NCBI GenBank assembly: GCA_042218325.1 | Contig: JBDGRE010000001.1 | Coordinates: forward strand, 144,990-208,989 | Source: Candidatus Nanohaloarchaea archaeon | GTDB lineage: Archaea > Nanohalarchaeota > Nanosalinia > Nanosalinales > Nanosalinaceae | Length of the DNA: 64,000 nt | Reading direction: 5' to 3' | Part shown: positions 28,912-38,177 of the stretch, in pieces | Position numbering within the stretch: the first letter of the stretch is position 1 | Layout: every line of letters begins with the position of its first letter | Translations under genes and position numbers: made by a program | The notes under the pieces: model-generated | Told to the model about the DNA's origin: nothing | The model's database searches: none | Seen by the model: only the letters and a program-made list of their open reading frames with translations

Positions 28912-29736
28912 TTAAAAGCGTTCCAGAGAATCCTCCACAATCTCCACGGCCTCGTCGTGGAACTCTTCTGAAGACGCCACCACCATGTCTTGGTCGGTAG
29001 CTGTCCCGAGCACGTCTATCTCCCCGCCGGCCTCCTCAAGTATGGTCCTGCCCGCGGCGTAGTCCCACTCGCCCAGGAAGTCCGCCAGTAGCGACATGTC
29101 GCCACCTGCTATCCGGCATATATCAAGCGCCGCGGCTCCCGACGCACGGTGGACCATCTCCCTGCCGCTGAACCTCGATATAGTCTCGAGCTGCACTTCC
29201 CTCTTGTCGGGCTCCCCGTCCCGGACGTAGGTGGTGTAAAGCTCTCCCTTCATCTCCCCGGTCGAGACCGATAACCGCTCGCCTTCCTCCGCATTGATAT
29301 CTTCCAACCGGAACGCACCGTGGTCCTCAAGCCCAATAAACGTCTCGTCCAGCCCGGTAACCGGGGAGTGCACCACTCCGAGAACGCCGCTTTTCCCGAT
29401 TCTCAGGCCTATCGAGGTGCAGAAGTAGTCGAGGCCGTGGAAGAAGTTCATGGTGCCGTCGATGGGGTCGATGACCCAGACGCGGTCGCTGTGGTCCTCT
29501 GAAAGCTGCTGTTCCTCGGCCTTTATCGCGTCGCCGGGGAAACGGTCCCGGATGACCTCGACTATCTTCTCCTGGACCTCAAGGTCAGCCTCCGTCACTA
29601 TATCGCTGTAAGATGCCTTCCTGCCGTCGACCTCTATCTTCCCGCGGCGGTACCTGTCGATTATCTTTCCCGCCTTCCGCGCCGCGTCCCTCGCGGCCTC
29701 CAGCTCCTCGCTGTACGGGCTGTCGTCGAAGTTCAC
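28912..29736 (-). CDS. suhB: inositol monophosphatase family protein
   Basis: DIVTEAD, AEE, WVIDPIDGTMNF, WDYAAG. Confidence 0.9.
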   Translation of the reverse strand: MNFDDSPYSEELEAARDAARKAGKIIDRYRRGKIEVDGRKASYSDIVTEADLEVQEKIVEVIRDRFPGDAIKAEEQQLSEDHSDRVWVIDPIDGTMNFFHGLDYFCTSIGLRIGKSGVLGVVHSPVTGLDETFIGLEDHGAFRLEDINAEEGERLSVSTGEMKGELYTTYVRDGEPDKREVQLETISRFSGREMVHRASGAAALDICRIAGGDMSLLADFLGEWDYAAGRTILEEAGGEIDVLGTATDQDMVVASSEEFHDEAVEIVEDSLERF

Positions 29737-30356
29737 TTGCCGCCCTCCACCTCCAGCATCTCTACCAGGTCTTTACGGTGTGCCGCGCCCACGAACGCAA
29801 CGATATCCGCGTCCGGCTCCTGCTCCTCGAGACTCCGCAGGTACTCCGCCATCACCTGGTTCCGCTCCACCACGAGAACGCGGTAAAGGCCCGGGTAGCG
29901 GTCCTCCAGCTCGTCCAGAAGCTCCTGTATAAGCTGCTCGTCCGGTATCTCCGACACGTCGAAACTGTCGCCGGGCATCAGGAAGCCAAGGCCCGACTCC
30001 ATGACGGCACGGACCTTCTCCTTCCGCGACACTTCTTTCAGCCTGTCCACGGTGAACCTGATATCCTGGTCGATAAGCGCGACCTCTCGGCCCTCGGCGA
30101 TAGATTTCCTGTACGCGTAAAGCATCTCCTCCCCCGGCATCACACCGGTCTTCTCGCCGATGAAGTCCTGGAACTTCTTCACCAGCTTCAGGAACACAGG
30201 GCTTCCCTCGGTCGAATCATAACCGTTCAGAAGCGCGTCGAGGCGGGTCATGTCGAGCTCCAGCGCCACTATATCCGGGTCGTGCTGCTCTATCTTCTCG
30301 TTTATCAGCTCCATGCTGTCCTCCGAGACGTGAGAGGTGCCGTAGATGTGTATCAA
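29733..30356 (-). CDS. TraB/PrgY domain protein
   Basis: GTSHVS, VALELD, PGEEM, LIDQDI, ERNQVM, VGAAH; TTG start inferred. Confidence 0.85.
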   Translation of the reverse strand: MIHIYGTSHVSEDSMELINEKIEQHDPDIVALELDMTRLDALLNGYDSTEGSPVFLKLVKKFQDFIGEKTGVMPGEEMLYAYRKSIAEGREVALIDQDIRFTVDRLKEVSRKEKVRAVMESGLGFLMPGDSFDVSEIPDEQLIQELLDELEDRYPGLYRVLVVERNQVMAEYLRSLEEQEPDADIVAFVGAAHRKDLVEMLEVEGGK

Positions 30357-30421
30357 GGAATCAACTCCTCGGGAACACGGTTCGACCTCAAAAGTTGTAA
30401 AACCAACAGTGCGGGAAAAAT

Positions 30422-30688
30422 AGTGGTTCCCGGGGGTGGACGCCTCCCTGCGGCTGGTACCGCGGACTGGCCTCGGGCCCGCCACCCTCCGAACAGACTG
30501 GACGATGCTTAGGGCTGCTCCCGTCAGGGCCTGGCCCGGTTCACACCGTACAGGCTCCCGGAGGACGCGCCGTCAGCAGCCAGCGACCACGGCCCTGGCC
30601 ACAGCGAGAACGCCGCCCACCCGGTTGACGGCCCCGGCATCACGAGGATCTCCGGTTACAGGCGACCCCAACCGCCCGGCCTACCACC
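30422..30688 (-). ncRNA. ffs: signal recognition particle RNA
   Basis: Terminal helix GGUGGU/ACCACU, Alu-domain start AGGCCGGGCGG...CUGUAACC, helix 8 CCAGGCCC-UGAC-GGGAGCAG; TATA ~25 nt upstream and T-tract downstream. Confidence 0.92.
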
Positions 30689-30765
30689 TAAAAAAGCGGA
30701 GGTGAAGCTTAAAGGAAGATGGGGACGGGAAAGAGATTTAAATATTGTCGCTACTAAGAGGTAAT

Positions 30766-31146
30766 ATGAGAACGGAGACTTTCTCAAACCCTGAAATCTA
30801 TGAGTTAAGTGGAACTCAGTACTTTGACTTTGTGGTGGCTAAAGCAGACGACTTGGAAGATGTTGCCCAAGAGCTCGATTACCATAGAGAGTTTCTGGAT
30901 GAGGGTTATCCAATTCAGTTTAGATATGAGGAACTCCCGAAAGGTCCGGCTGAAACTGGTGAATTTCTGGCAGATGTTCAGGTAGGGAATAAGTCAGTTA
31001 GCGTTAAGGAGACGGAAGAATCTGAACTTTTCGATTTCGCACAACAGGTCCGGGCAGACAACGAGGAACTTGATGAGCAGATTTACTTCGGGGGAGCGGT
31101 AAAGTCTACTTCACCTCTTGAGCGTCTTAGATCTCTGCTTTCCTGA
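30766..31146 (+). CDS. hypothetical acidic protein, low GC
   Basis: ORF follows TTTAAATA; visibly richer in AT than its flanks. Confidence 0.65.
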   Translation: MRTETFSNPEIYELSGTQYFDFVVAKADDLEDVAQELDYHREFLDEGYPIQFRYEELPKGPAETGEFLADVQVGNKSVSVKETEESELFDFAQQVRADNEELDEQIYFGGAVKSTSPLERLRSLLS

Positions 31147-31147
31147 C

Positions 31148-31954
31148 CTATATCTCAAACGTGTCGCCTTTTTCGACGATGTCAAAGCCGCGGGCCTGCA
31201 TCTCTTCGCGTTCTTCTGTGCCTTCCCGGAGGACGGGGTTGGTGTGGTTCATGTGGATGAAGTAGATATCTGTATCGAAGTCCTCCATCCGGTCCATCGT
31301 GTCTTCGATAGTGGGGTGTGGGACTTCTTCGTACCGGTCGAGCTCCTGCTTGTCCCAGAATGTGCCGTCGACGATGGCGATGTCGGCTTCTTTCACGGAC
31401 TCTATGGTTTCGCCCGTCCATTCGTCGATGTCGCTCATGTAGAACAGTTTCTCTTCCTCTCCCTGTATCATGAAGGAGACGGTGTCCGTGTTGACGTAGC
31501 GGTGGAGCACGTTCCTTATCTCGACGGATCCTCCCTGTATCTCCACTTTTTCGCCGTTCTTGACCTCGTTTATCTCTATCTGGTTCCTGTCGGATAGAAG
31601 CCGGAACGGGTCATTGTTCATCAGGAACTGCCGCATCTCTGGTGTGCAGTAGACCGGTAGGTCGTCCGTGTCGAGGCATTCGGTGCCGAAGAAGGGCAGT
31701 CCTGCGACGTGGCCGAGATGGCCGTGGGATACGAATACGCCGTCGAGGTAGTCTCCTTTTATCTGGAACCTTATGTCCGGTGTGGCGTCGATAAGATATC
31801 TTACGGTGTTGTCATCGCTGGTCTCTTTCAGCATGAGGGCGCCAACGTATCGCTGCTCTCTCGGGTCTTCCCTTGCTGCCTCGCATACGTCACATTCGCA
31901 GCCGAGGTGCGGCACTCCCCCGTCTTGAACGTTTCCAAGGACTTCTACTCTCAT
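31148..31954 (-). CDS. MBL-fold metallo-hydrolase (PqqB/PhnP-like)
   Basis: LGNVQDGGVPHLGCECDVC, LIDATPD, SHGHLGH, DGTF, FIHMNHTN. Confidence 0.88.
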   Translation of the reverse strand: MRVEVLGNVQDGGVPHLGCECDVCEAAREDPREQRYVGALMLKETSDDNTVRYLIDATPDIRFQIKGDYLDGVFVSHGHLGHVAGLPFFGTECLDTDDLPVYCTPEMRQFLMNNDPFRLLSDRNQIEINEVKNGEKVEIQGGSVEIRNVLHRYVNTDTVSFMIQGEEEKLFYMSDIDEWTGETIESVKEADIAIVDGTFWDKQELDRYEEVPHPTIEDTMDRMEDFDTDIYFIHMNHTNPVLREGTEEREEMQARGFDIVEKGDTFEI

Positions 31955-32176
31955 TTCTTGGCCCTCCCCCGGTTTATCTGGGATGGTTTCCCCAGTCAAC
32001 TGTTATAAAGGAAACCCGTTGCTGGCCTGTGCCCGGCACACTTAAGAAGTTAAAAGGCTCCCGCGCCAATTTTTGGGTATGAACAGTGATCGTTTTTGTC
32101 TGCGCCACAGTTTTTGAGCCTGCGAACTCCTCGATTCCTGTTATAAAATCTGGCTTCGACCGTTTCCATATCGATT

Positions 32177-32233
32177 TGCCGGGATGGCAGAGAACGCACC
32201 TTTCGGTGCTCGATCTGCGCACCCGAGAGAAGA
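32177..32233 (+). repeat. 16-bp duplicate of tRNA-Cys 5' end, hairpin and inverted copy
   Basis: TGCCGGGATGGCAGAG at 32177-32192 equals 32234-32249; hairpin GCACC-TTTC-GGTGC; TCTGCGCACCCG is complementary to the copy. Confidence 0.85.
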
Positions 32234-32234
32234 T

Positions 32235-32305
32235 GCCGGGATGGCAGAGTAGTTATGCGACCGCCTGCAGAGCGGTCGACCCGGGTGCAAATCCCGGTCC
32301 CGGCT
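32235..32305 (+). tRNA. tRNA-Cys(GCA)
   Basis: Cloverleaf: acceptor GCCGGGA/TCCCGGC, anticodon arm ACCGC-CTGCAGA-GCGGT, T arm CCGGG-TGCAAAT-CCCGG, U discriminator; CCA not encoded. Confidence 0.93.
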
Positions 32306-32321
32306 TTTACGGGGTGGTGGC

Positions 32322-32750
32322 GTGAAGAGCTACGAGGATACCACCGATGTAGTCGTACTCGCTATATACCATGCGGAGGAGGACGGCAACTACTATCTCA
32401 TAGCGCGGAAAAGGAAGAACGAGTTCTGGGAGTTCGTCGGCGGGAAGGTCAAGAAGGGAGAGTCATACGAGGAAGCAGCGTTGCGGGAGCTGGAGGACGA
32501 GATAGAGATCGACTGGGACCTCGATGCTGTAGAGGTGAAGAAGGTCGGCGAACCGTACAAGAGCCCGGAGAACCCGGTGTACAATCTTTACCCGGTGCTG
32601 CTAGAGATCCCTTCGGAGACCGCCTGGGAGCTCGGGGACGAGGACCTGGGAAAGGAGCATGACAGCCTTGCGTGGATAACTGTCGACCAGCTCGACGACT
32701 ACGATACGATGCACCAGGAGAAGGCGCTTGAACTGCTCGGCATCACCTGA
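32322..32750 (+). CDS. NUDIX hydrolase
   Basis: GGKVKKGESYEEAALRELEDEI. Confidence 0.9.
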   Translation: MKSYEDTTDVVVLAIYHAEEDGNYYLIARKRKNEFWEFVGGKVKKGESYEEAALRELEDEIEIDWDLDAVEVKKVGEPYKSPENPVYNLYPVLLEIPSETAWELGDEDLGKEHDSLAWITVDQLDDYDTMHQEKALELLGIT

Positions 32751-32798
32751 ACCGGGCTATCGGTTGTGATAAAAAGTTTTACCAGTTATTTTACGCCC

Positions 32799-33611
32799 GT
32801 GAGAGGCTTAAGGACGGCGGAGGAAAGGATAGAGTACAAGCTTCCTGACGCCTGGGATTTTACCGGTTCGAACGTCGTCTACGGTTATCCTGTGCCCTCG
32901 GATTCTTTCCCGGACGGCTTCCTGCTATCCAACAGCGACCACCAACTGTACAACAGCCCGGTAGGAGAGAAAGATGTCGTGGCGTACGTTTCCCGGGAGG
33001 GAAGGGATGATATCGTGGCCTATATCGAGGTCAAGGAAAACGGGGGTCTGGAGGAAAGGGCCGAGGACCAGGTAGAACGGGCCTGCGAGTTCTGGAACTC
33101 GCGCGGCTACGCGTTCGCCGGTGGCTTCTCGACAGGCGAGACGATAAGACCGTGGGAGGGCGAGGTCTTCGGGGACGAAGAGATAGCACCTGCTGATTTC
33201 GACTTCCGGGAGGCCGAAGTTATACCGGCAGCCGCTGGCGACGGCCAAGAACCGCCCAGCGGCAAAGGCTTCGACCACCCGATGGTGGAGGGATGGGAAG
33301 AGGTGATCACCGACCTCGTTTACGGGGAACCACTCGACTCGAGCATCCCTCGAGGCCTGGTCGGCAGCAACGATAGAGGCCGGCATTTCGGCCAGATGGA
33401 CGCAGCTCTCTACAGCGATGAAGCCGATGTGATCGGGCAGATAGAGCTGAAGAAGGACGGTGAGGACATGGAGACCATAGAGGGGCGTCTTGACTCGGCC
33501 CACGAGTTCTGGACCGGCAAGGGTTACAGTTTCCAGGGAGGGCTGTTTGTGACCGGCGAGATAGTGCAGCGGGATTTCGATTCCGGTGAGTGGGTCGGCG
33601 CCCGGCTTTAA
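32799..33611 (+). CDS. hypothetical protein with two tandem PD-(D/E)XK-like repeats
   Basis: D...YIEVK...EFWNSRGYAFAGG and D...QIELK...EFWTGKGYSFQGG; GTG start inferred. Confidence 0.65.
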   Translation: MRGLRTAEERIEYKLPDAWDFTGSNVVYGYPVPSDSFPDGFLLSNSDHQLYNSPVGEKDVVAYVSREGRDDIVAYIEVKENGGLEERAEDQVERACEFWNSRGYAFAGGFSTGETIRPWEGEVFGDEEIAPADFDFREAEVIPAAAGDGQEPPSGKGFDHPMVEGWEEVITDLVYGEPLDSSIPRGLVGSNDRGRHFGQMDAALYSDEADVIGQIELKKDGEDMETIEGRLDSAHEFWTGKGYSFQGGLFVTGEIVQRDFDSGEWVGARL

Positions 33612-33655
33612 CCCGACGGTTTTAGGCTTTCCCTGCCGGATAATCAACTAAAGCT

Positions 33656-34066
33656 ATGACCGTGGACGTGGAAGACGATATCGCAGTACCAGTGACTTAC
33701 AGCCCGGAGAGGGACCGTTTCCTGCTGCTGAAACGTGGAGCTGATGCGGATGTCTTCCCGGGGAGATGGGACTTCCCGGGCGGCTATTTGAACGAAAGAG
33801 AGGACCCGGAGGACGCGGTGATGCGCGAATTGAAGGAGGAGACAGGTCTTCTCGGAACCATGATGAGGACTGGTGAGCCCCACGTCGTCGACACGCAGTA
33901 CGGCAAGTACCGGCTGCACTTGTTTCTCGTGAAGGTGGAGGGCGACGATGTCGATCTTAGCTATCAGCACGTCGATTATCGATGGGTGGAGCCCTCGGAG
34001 GTCCCGGAGATGGAAACTGTTAAGGCCATAGAGAAAGATTTCGAACTTGTCGGTGTCGAGATATGA
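33656..34066 (+). CDS. NUDIX hydrolase
   Basis: PGGYLNEREDPEDAVMRELKEETG. Confidence 0.92.
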   Translation: MTVDVEDDIAVPVTYSPERDRFLLLKRGADADVFPGRWDFPGGYLNEREDPEDAVMRELKEETGLLGTMMRTGEPHVVDTQYGKYRLHLFLVKVEGDDVDLSYQHVDYRWVEPSEVPEMETVKAIEKDFELVGVEI

Positions 34067-34518
34067 GCAGGAGCGAGTACAGGACCGTGGTCAAGGCGCT
34101 GATAACGTACCAGGGCCAGGTCTTGATAGGGCAGAAGGAGGAGGGTGACCAACCGCATTCCGGTGAATGGCATTTCCTCGGCGGTCACTTGGAGGACGAC
34201 GAATCGCTGGAAGAGGCTGTTGCCCGCGAGGTCGAAGAGGAGACAGGTCTCTCGGTTGATGTCCACCAGATAATAGATGCGATGGTTTTCTCCTGGAAGA
34301 AAGACGGCAGGACGGACTCGCTGCAGCTTCTTTACCACTGTGAAGCCTGGTCCCCGGAGGCTGAAGCCCGAGATGACCTTCAGGACGTGAAGTGGGTCGA
34401 CCCTGACGAACTCGTGGATGAGCTCTGGGACGAGGAAGTGAAGAGGATCGAGAACCGCGATGAGCGGGCGAAGTTCGTTGAAAAGCTAAAAAAGATGCCG
34501 TCGAGAGGTGAAGTATGA
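34063..34518 (+). CDS. NUDIX hydrolase
   Basis: GGHLEDDESLEEAVAREVEEETG. Confidence 0.92.
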   Translation: MSRSEYRTVVKALITYQGQVLIGQKEEGDQPHSGEWHFLGGHLEDDESLEEAVAREVEEETGLSVDVHQIIDAMVFSWKKDGRTDSLQLLYHCEAWSPEAEARDDLQDVKWVDPDELVDELWDEEVKRIENRDERAKFVEKLKKMPSRGEV

Positions 34519-36032
34519 CCTTGAAACTTTACAACACGCTGACCCGTGAAAAAAAGGAGTTCGAGCCGATCGAGAAGGACAAGGTCAGGTTCTACAGCTG
34601 CGGCCAGACGATATACGACGACCTCCACGTCGGTAATGCGAGGCCGTACGTCTACTGGGACACGCTTACACGGTACCTGCGTTGGAAGGGCTACACGGTC
34701 AGGCACGTCCAGAACATAACCGACGTCGGCCACCTGACAGATGATGGCGACCAGGGCGAGGACAAGGTCGAGAAACGCGCGAAAGAGACGGGGCTCGAGC
34801 CGATGGAGCTCGTCGAAGACCAGGTGGAGCGGTACTTCGAGGATACGAAAGCGCTGAACGTGCAGAGGCAGGACATCGTGCCCCGGGCCACCGGCCACAT
34901 AAACGAGATGATAGAGTACGTACAGGAGATAATCGACAACGGCTTCGCGTACGATAGAGAGGGTAACATCTACTTCGACCTCGAGAAGTTTGCGGAGGCC
35001 GACTTCGAGGACGTCGACGGAGAACCTTACCGTTACGGCAGGCTCGCAAAGAAAGATATAGAGGAGCTGAAGGAAGAGGCAGAAAGCCGTGTGGAGGAAG
35101 ACGAAAACAAAAAGCGGCAGTACGACTTCGCGCTCTGGTTAAATGCGGAGGGAACCGGCCACCTCATGAAGTGGAACGCCACGTTCGAGGTGGACGGCGA
35201 GACAGTAGAATCAGAGGGATACCCGGGCTGGCACCTCGAATGCAGTGTCATGGGCCGGAAGTACCTCAGCGACGTCTTCGACATCCATGCCGGTGGAAAG
35301 GACCATATCTTCCCGCACCACCCGAACGAGCGCGCGCAGAGCTTCGCCGCTACCGGAAAGGGCCAGGCCCGGTACTGGCTGCACAACGAGTTCGTCACCA
35401 TCGAGGGCGAGAAGATGTCGAAGTCGAAGGGCAACTTCTACACCGTCCGCGAACTACTTGACGAGGGCTACTCCGGCGACGCCATCCGGCTGTACATCCT
35501 GTCCTCGCATTACCGCAGCGAGACCGACTTCTCGAAGGAAGGCGTGGAGAAGGCGGAGAAGGAGCTGAAGAAGGCGAGGAAGACGGTCCAGAGGATAGGA
35601 TACGACGAGGATTACGAGGGCCGGCACCAGTTCGGAAGCCCAGGTGGGGAAGGCGGTGGTCACACCGAGGAGTTTGTGAAGTTCATGGATGACGACCTCA
35701 ACACCGCGAAAGCGAAGCAGTTCCTGATGGAGCTGGTTTCCGAGGTAAACGAGGCCCTGGAGAAGAACCCTGAAGAAGAAAGAGAGAGCTTCAGGGCTAT
35801 AGGCATGGGGAACTTCCTTGTCGAGGCCTTCGGTGTGCTCGGTATCGATGTCCGTCCAGACTTCTCTGAGGAGGAGTCGGAGTTGATGGACGAGCTACTT
35901 GAGATAAGAGAGGAGTACCGCGAGCAGGAAGACTACGAGAAGGCGGACCGCATCCGTTCGCTGATGGACAAGAACGGTTTCGAGGTCGAGGACACGGATG
36001 GAGGTGCTCGATGGTTCAAGGTCGAGAGGTAG
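34515..36032 (+). CDS. cysS: cysteine--tRNA ligase
   Basis: SCGQT, HVGN, GYPGWHLECS, DIHAGGKDHIFPHH, KMSKS, DDLNT. Confidence 0.96.
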   Translation: MTLKLYNTLTREKKEFEPIEKDKVRFYSCGQTIYDDLHVGNARPYVYWDTLTRYLRWKGYTVRHVQNITDVGHLTDDGDQGEDKVEKRAKETGLEPMELVEDQVERYFEDTKALNVQRQDIVPRATGHINEMIEYVQEIIDNGFAYDREGNIYFDLEKFAEADFEDVDGEPYRYGRLAKKDIEELKEEAESRVEEDENKKRQYDFALWLNAEGTGHLMKWNATFEVDGETVESEGYPGWHLECSVMGRKYLSDVFDIHAGGKDHIFPHHPNERAQSFAATGKGQARYWLHNEFVTIEGEKMSKSKGNFYTVRELLDEGYSGDAIRLYILSSHYRSETDFSKEGVEKAEKELKKARKTVQRIGYDEDYEGRHQFGSPGGEGGGHTEEFVKFMDDDLNTAKAKQFLMELVSEVNEALEKNPEEERESFRAIGMGNFLVEAFGVLGIDVRPDFSEEESELMDELLEIREEYREQEDYEKADRIRSLMDKNGFEVEDTDGGARWFKVER

Positions 36033-36033
36033 G

Positions 36034-36413
36034 ATGAAGATATACGTCGGTCATCCCACGGATTTCGATTTCGATTTCGAGGAGGAGCTTTACAGGCCTC
36101 TGAAAGAGAGCTCCATAGCGGAAGAGCACGAACTCGTCTTTCCCCACGATTCCGGGGAATTCTTCGAATCCAAAAGATTCCTGCGGGATGAGTGCGACCT
36201 GTTCGTCGCAGAGGTTTCCGGGCCTCGACAGGCCTCGGCATAGAACTCGGGTGGGCTGAAGAGTTCGGGGTCCCGGTTCTCTGCGTTTACAGGGAAGGAG
36301 CGGAGCCTTCAAGCGCAGTTGGCACGGACACCAGCGAGATCCGGGTGTACAGCGACGTGGAGGAGCTGACCAGGGTGGTCAGGGATAAATCGAGGTCGAT
36401 ATCAAGTGGTTGA
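36034..36413 (+). pseudogene. nucleoside 2-deoxyribosyltransferase-like protein, frameshifted (or sequencing error)
   Basis: MKIYVGH...CDLFVAEVS continues as RASTGLGIELGWA in another frame; a 1-nt deletion at ~36218-36222 explains it. Confidence 0.75.
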
Positions 36414-37127
36414 GTGCCCGATTTTCTGCTACCATGGCGTCAGCGAGGAACCGCGGCAGTGGGACGTGAAGCCGGGCGATTTCCGGGACCAGGTCGAGTG
36501 GCTGGACAGCAACTATAGCCTGATGCCGCTCGAAGAGTTTTTCACGCGTTTCCACGAGGAAGACCTGCCGGAGGACCCGGCGGTGCTGACGTTCAACGAC
36601 GGCCTCAAGTCCTCCTACAGGGCCGCTGATGTACTTGAAGATTTAGGCGCCAGGGCGACTTTCTACATCATAACAGGTCTCATGGGAGAGCTCTGGGATG
36701 GCGCCGAAGTCATGTCGTTGTCGCAGATGAAGGAGCTCGACGACAGGGGGCACGAGGTAGGCGCCCACACGGTCAGCCACCCAACCTGCCGAAATACAGT
36801 GACAGCCGTGTGAGGAAAGAGGTGGAAGGATTCGTCCGCGAGATTGAGGAAAGGCTGGGCTTGCGCCCGACATCCTTCGCCTATCCCTACGGCGACTACA
36901 GCAGCCGGGTCGTTGAAACCGTCCGGGAGCAGGGCTTTCAGGCCGCGGTCACGACTTCTCCGTCGGTCGAGGTGGATCTTGACAGGCCTCTCCGGCTCCC
37001 GAGGGTGCCAGTTCTGGAATGGCACAGTCTCGGCGACGTGAAGAGGCTTGCGGAGGACAGAAACTATCTTTATAGGTGTTACTGGCCCCGCGCCTACCAC
37101 TACCTCAGGCACCGGTTCCCGTTATAG
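36406..37127 (+). pseudogene. polysaccharide deacetylase (NodB), frameshifted (or sequencing error)
   Basis: CYHGV, LTFNDG, GAHTVSHP, then FAYPYG and LPRV in another frame; one extra C at ~36781 restores HPNL. Confidence 0.8.
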
Positions 37128-37159
37128 GTTTTTAGCTCCAGGAGAGAAAAACTCTCTTT

Positions 37160-37774
37160 ATGGACAGGAAGATAGGGGAGGGCCTGCAGTACCGTGTCTA
37201 CCGCGAGGGTGGAGGCCTGGCCCGCAAGGAACCGAAGAAACGGGAAGAGATGGTGGAGACGCTGAGGAAATGGCATGACTCCAGGCAGGAGGTGCAGGAA
37301 AACGCGGACAGGGCCGTGGAGAGGCGCAGAAAAGCGGTGGAAAGACTGGAGGAAGGAGGGTTCGATTTCTCGCTGCTCGGCGACCCGGAGTTCTGTGAGG
37401 ACGGCACTGTTTTACAGGACCGCGCACAGGTCGCGGGTGAAGTGATGTCGGGCGCCAGACTTTCCAAAAAGAAAGAAGTAGTAGATGACTACGTGCAGCT
37501 GCTCCTGCAGTTATGGGAGCAGGGGATAGGGGATACTATCTACAATTTCACTGAGAACACCGGCTACGTGGACGGCAGGCTCGTACACCTGGATTTCGGT
37601 GAGTTAGTTTTCTCGAAGAACAGGGTGAAGGAAGAGATCAGGGAAAGGAAATGGCTCGAGAAGTGGAGCTACACGGACGACCTGTCCGGAGATATCCGGC
37701 CCTACTTCCGGGAGCGGATGGCGGAAGAGATAACTGTAGAGGCGCTTGAGAGCCGCTGGAAAGAAAAAGTATAG
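37160..37774 (+). CDS. hypothetical protein, protein-kinase-like fold
   Basis: IGEGLQYRVY, conserved Lys, D-x-N segment and LVHLDFGE. Confidence 0.6.
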   Translation: MDRKIGEGLQYRVYREGGGLARKEPKKREEMVETLRKWHDSRQEVQENADRAVERRRKAVERLEEGGFDFSLLGDPEFCEDGTVLQDRAQVAGEVMSGARLSKKKEVVDDYVQLLLQLWEQGIGDTIYNFTENTGYVDGRLVHLDFGELVFSKNRVKEEIRERKWLEKWSYTDDLSGDIRPYFRERMAEEITVEALESRWKEKV

Positions 37775-37778
37775 TGAA

Positions 37779-38141
37779 TCAGTGGACCTGGCTCTTGTGG
37801 ACCTTCATGCCCCGGCTTGAGTCGAACTCGTCGCCGCACTCGGGGCAGGCCACCAGCTCTACTTCTTCATCTTCTTCGGTATCGTTTTCCTCTGTCCCGG
37901 CCTCTTTGGCTGCTGTTTCCTCTGTTTCTGGCTCTGGTTCTTCCGTGGTCTGCTCGACAGTTTCCGGCTCAGACTGGGTGCGGCCCTCGACCTGTTCAAG
38001 CTTGCCCTCTTCCTTCAGTTTCTCCCGTTTCTGCTGTTTGCGGTCGGGCTGTTCCTCGAAGATTTCCTTGGCGCGGTCGTCGGAGATTCCGAGCATCTCC
38101 TTGGCTTTCTGCTTCTGCTTCTCGGCCTTCTCTCTTACCAT
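37779..38141 (-). CDS. acidic protein with C-terminal C2H2 zinc finger
   Basis: CPECGDEFDSSRGMKVHKSQVH. Confidence 0.75.
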   Translation of the reverse strand: MVREKAEKQKQKAKEMLGISDDRAKEIFEEQPDRKQQKREKLKEEGKLEQVEGRTQSEPETVEQTTEEPEPETEETAAKEAGTEENDTEEDEEVELVACPECGDEFDSSRGMKVHKSQVH

Positions 38142-38177
38142 CGTATCATGAAAAACGGTCTTCAGGTTTTAAACAGA

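Noticed and set aside
30436-30705. 89-aa ORF, and the 74-aa ORF at 53876-54100
   Set aside because: They overlap the SRP RNA and the 5S rRNA respectively.
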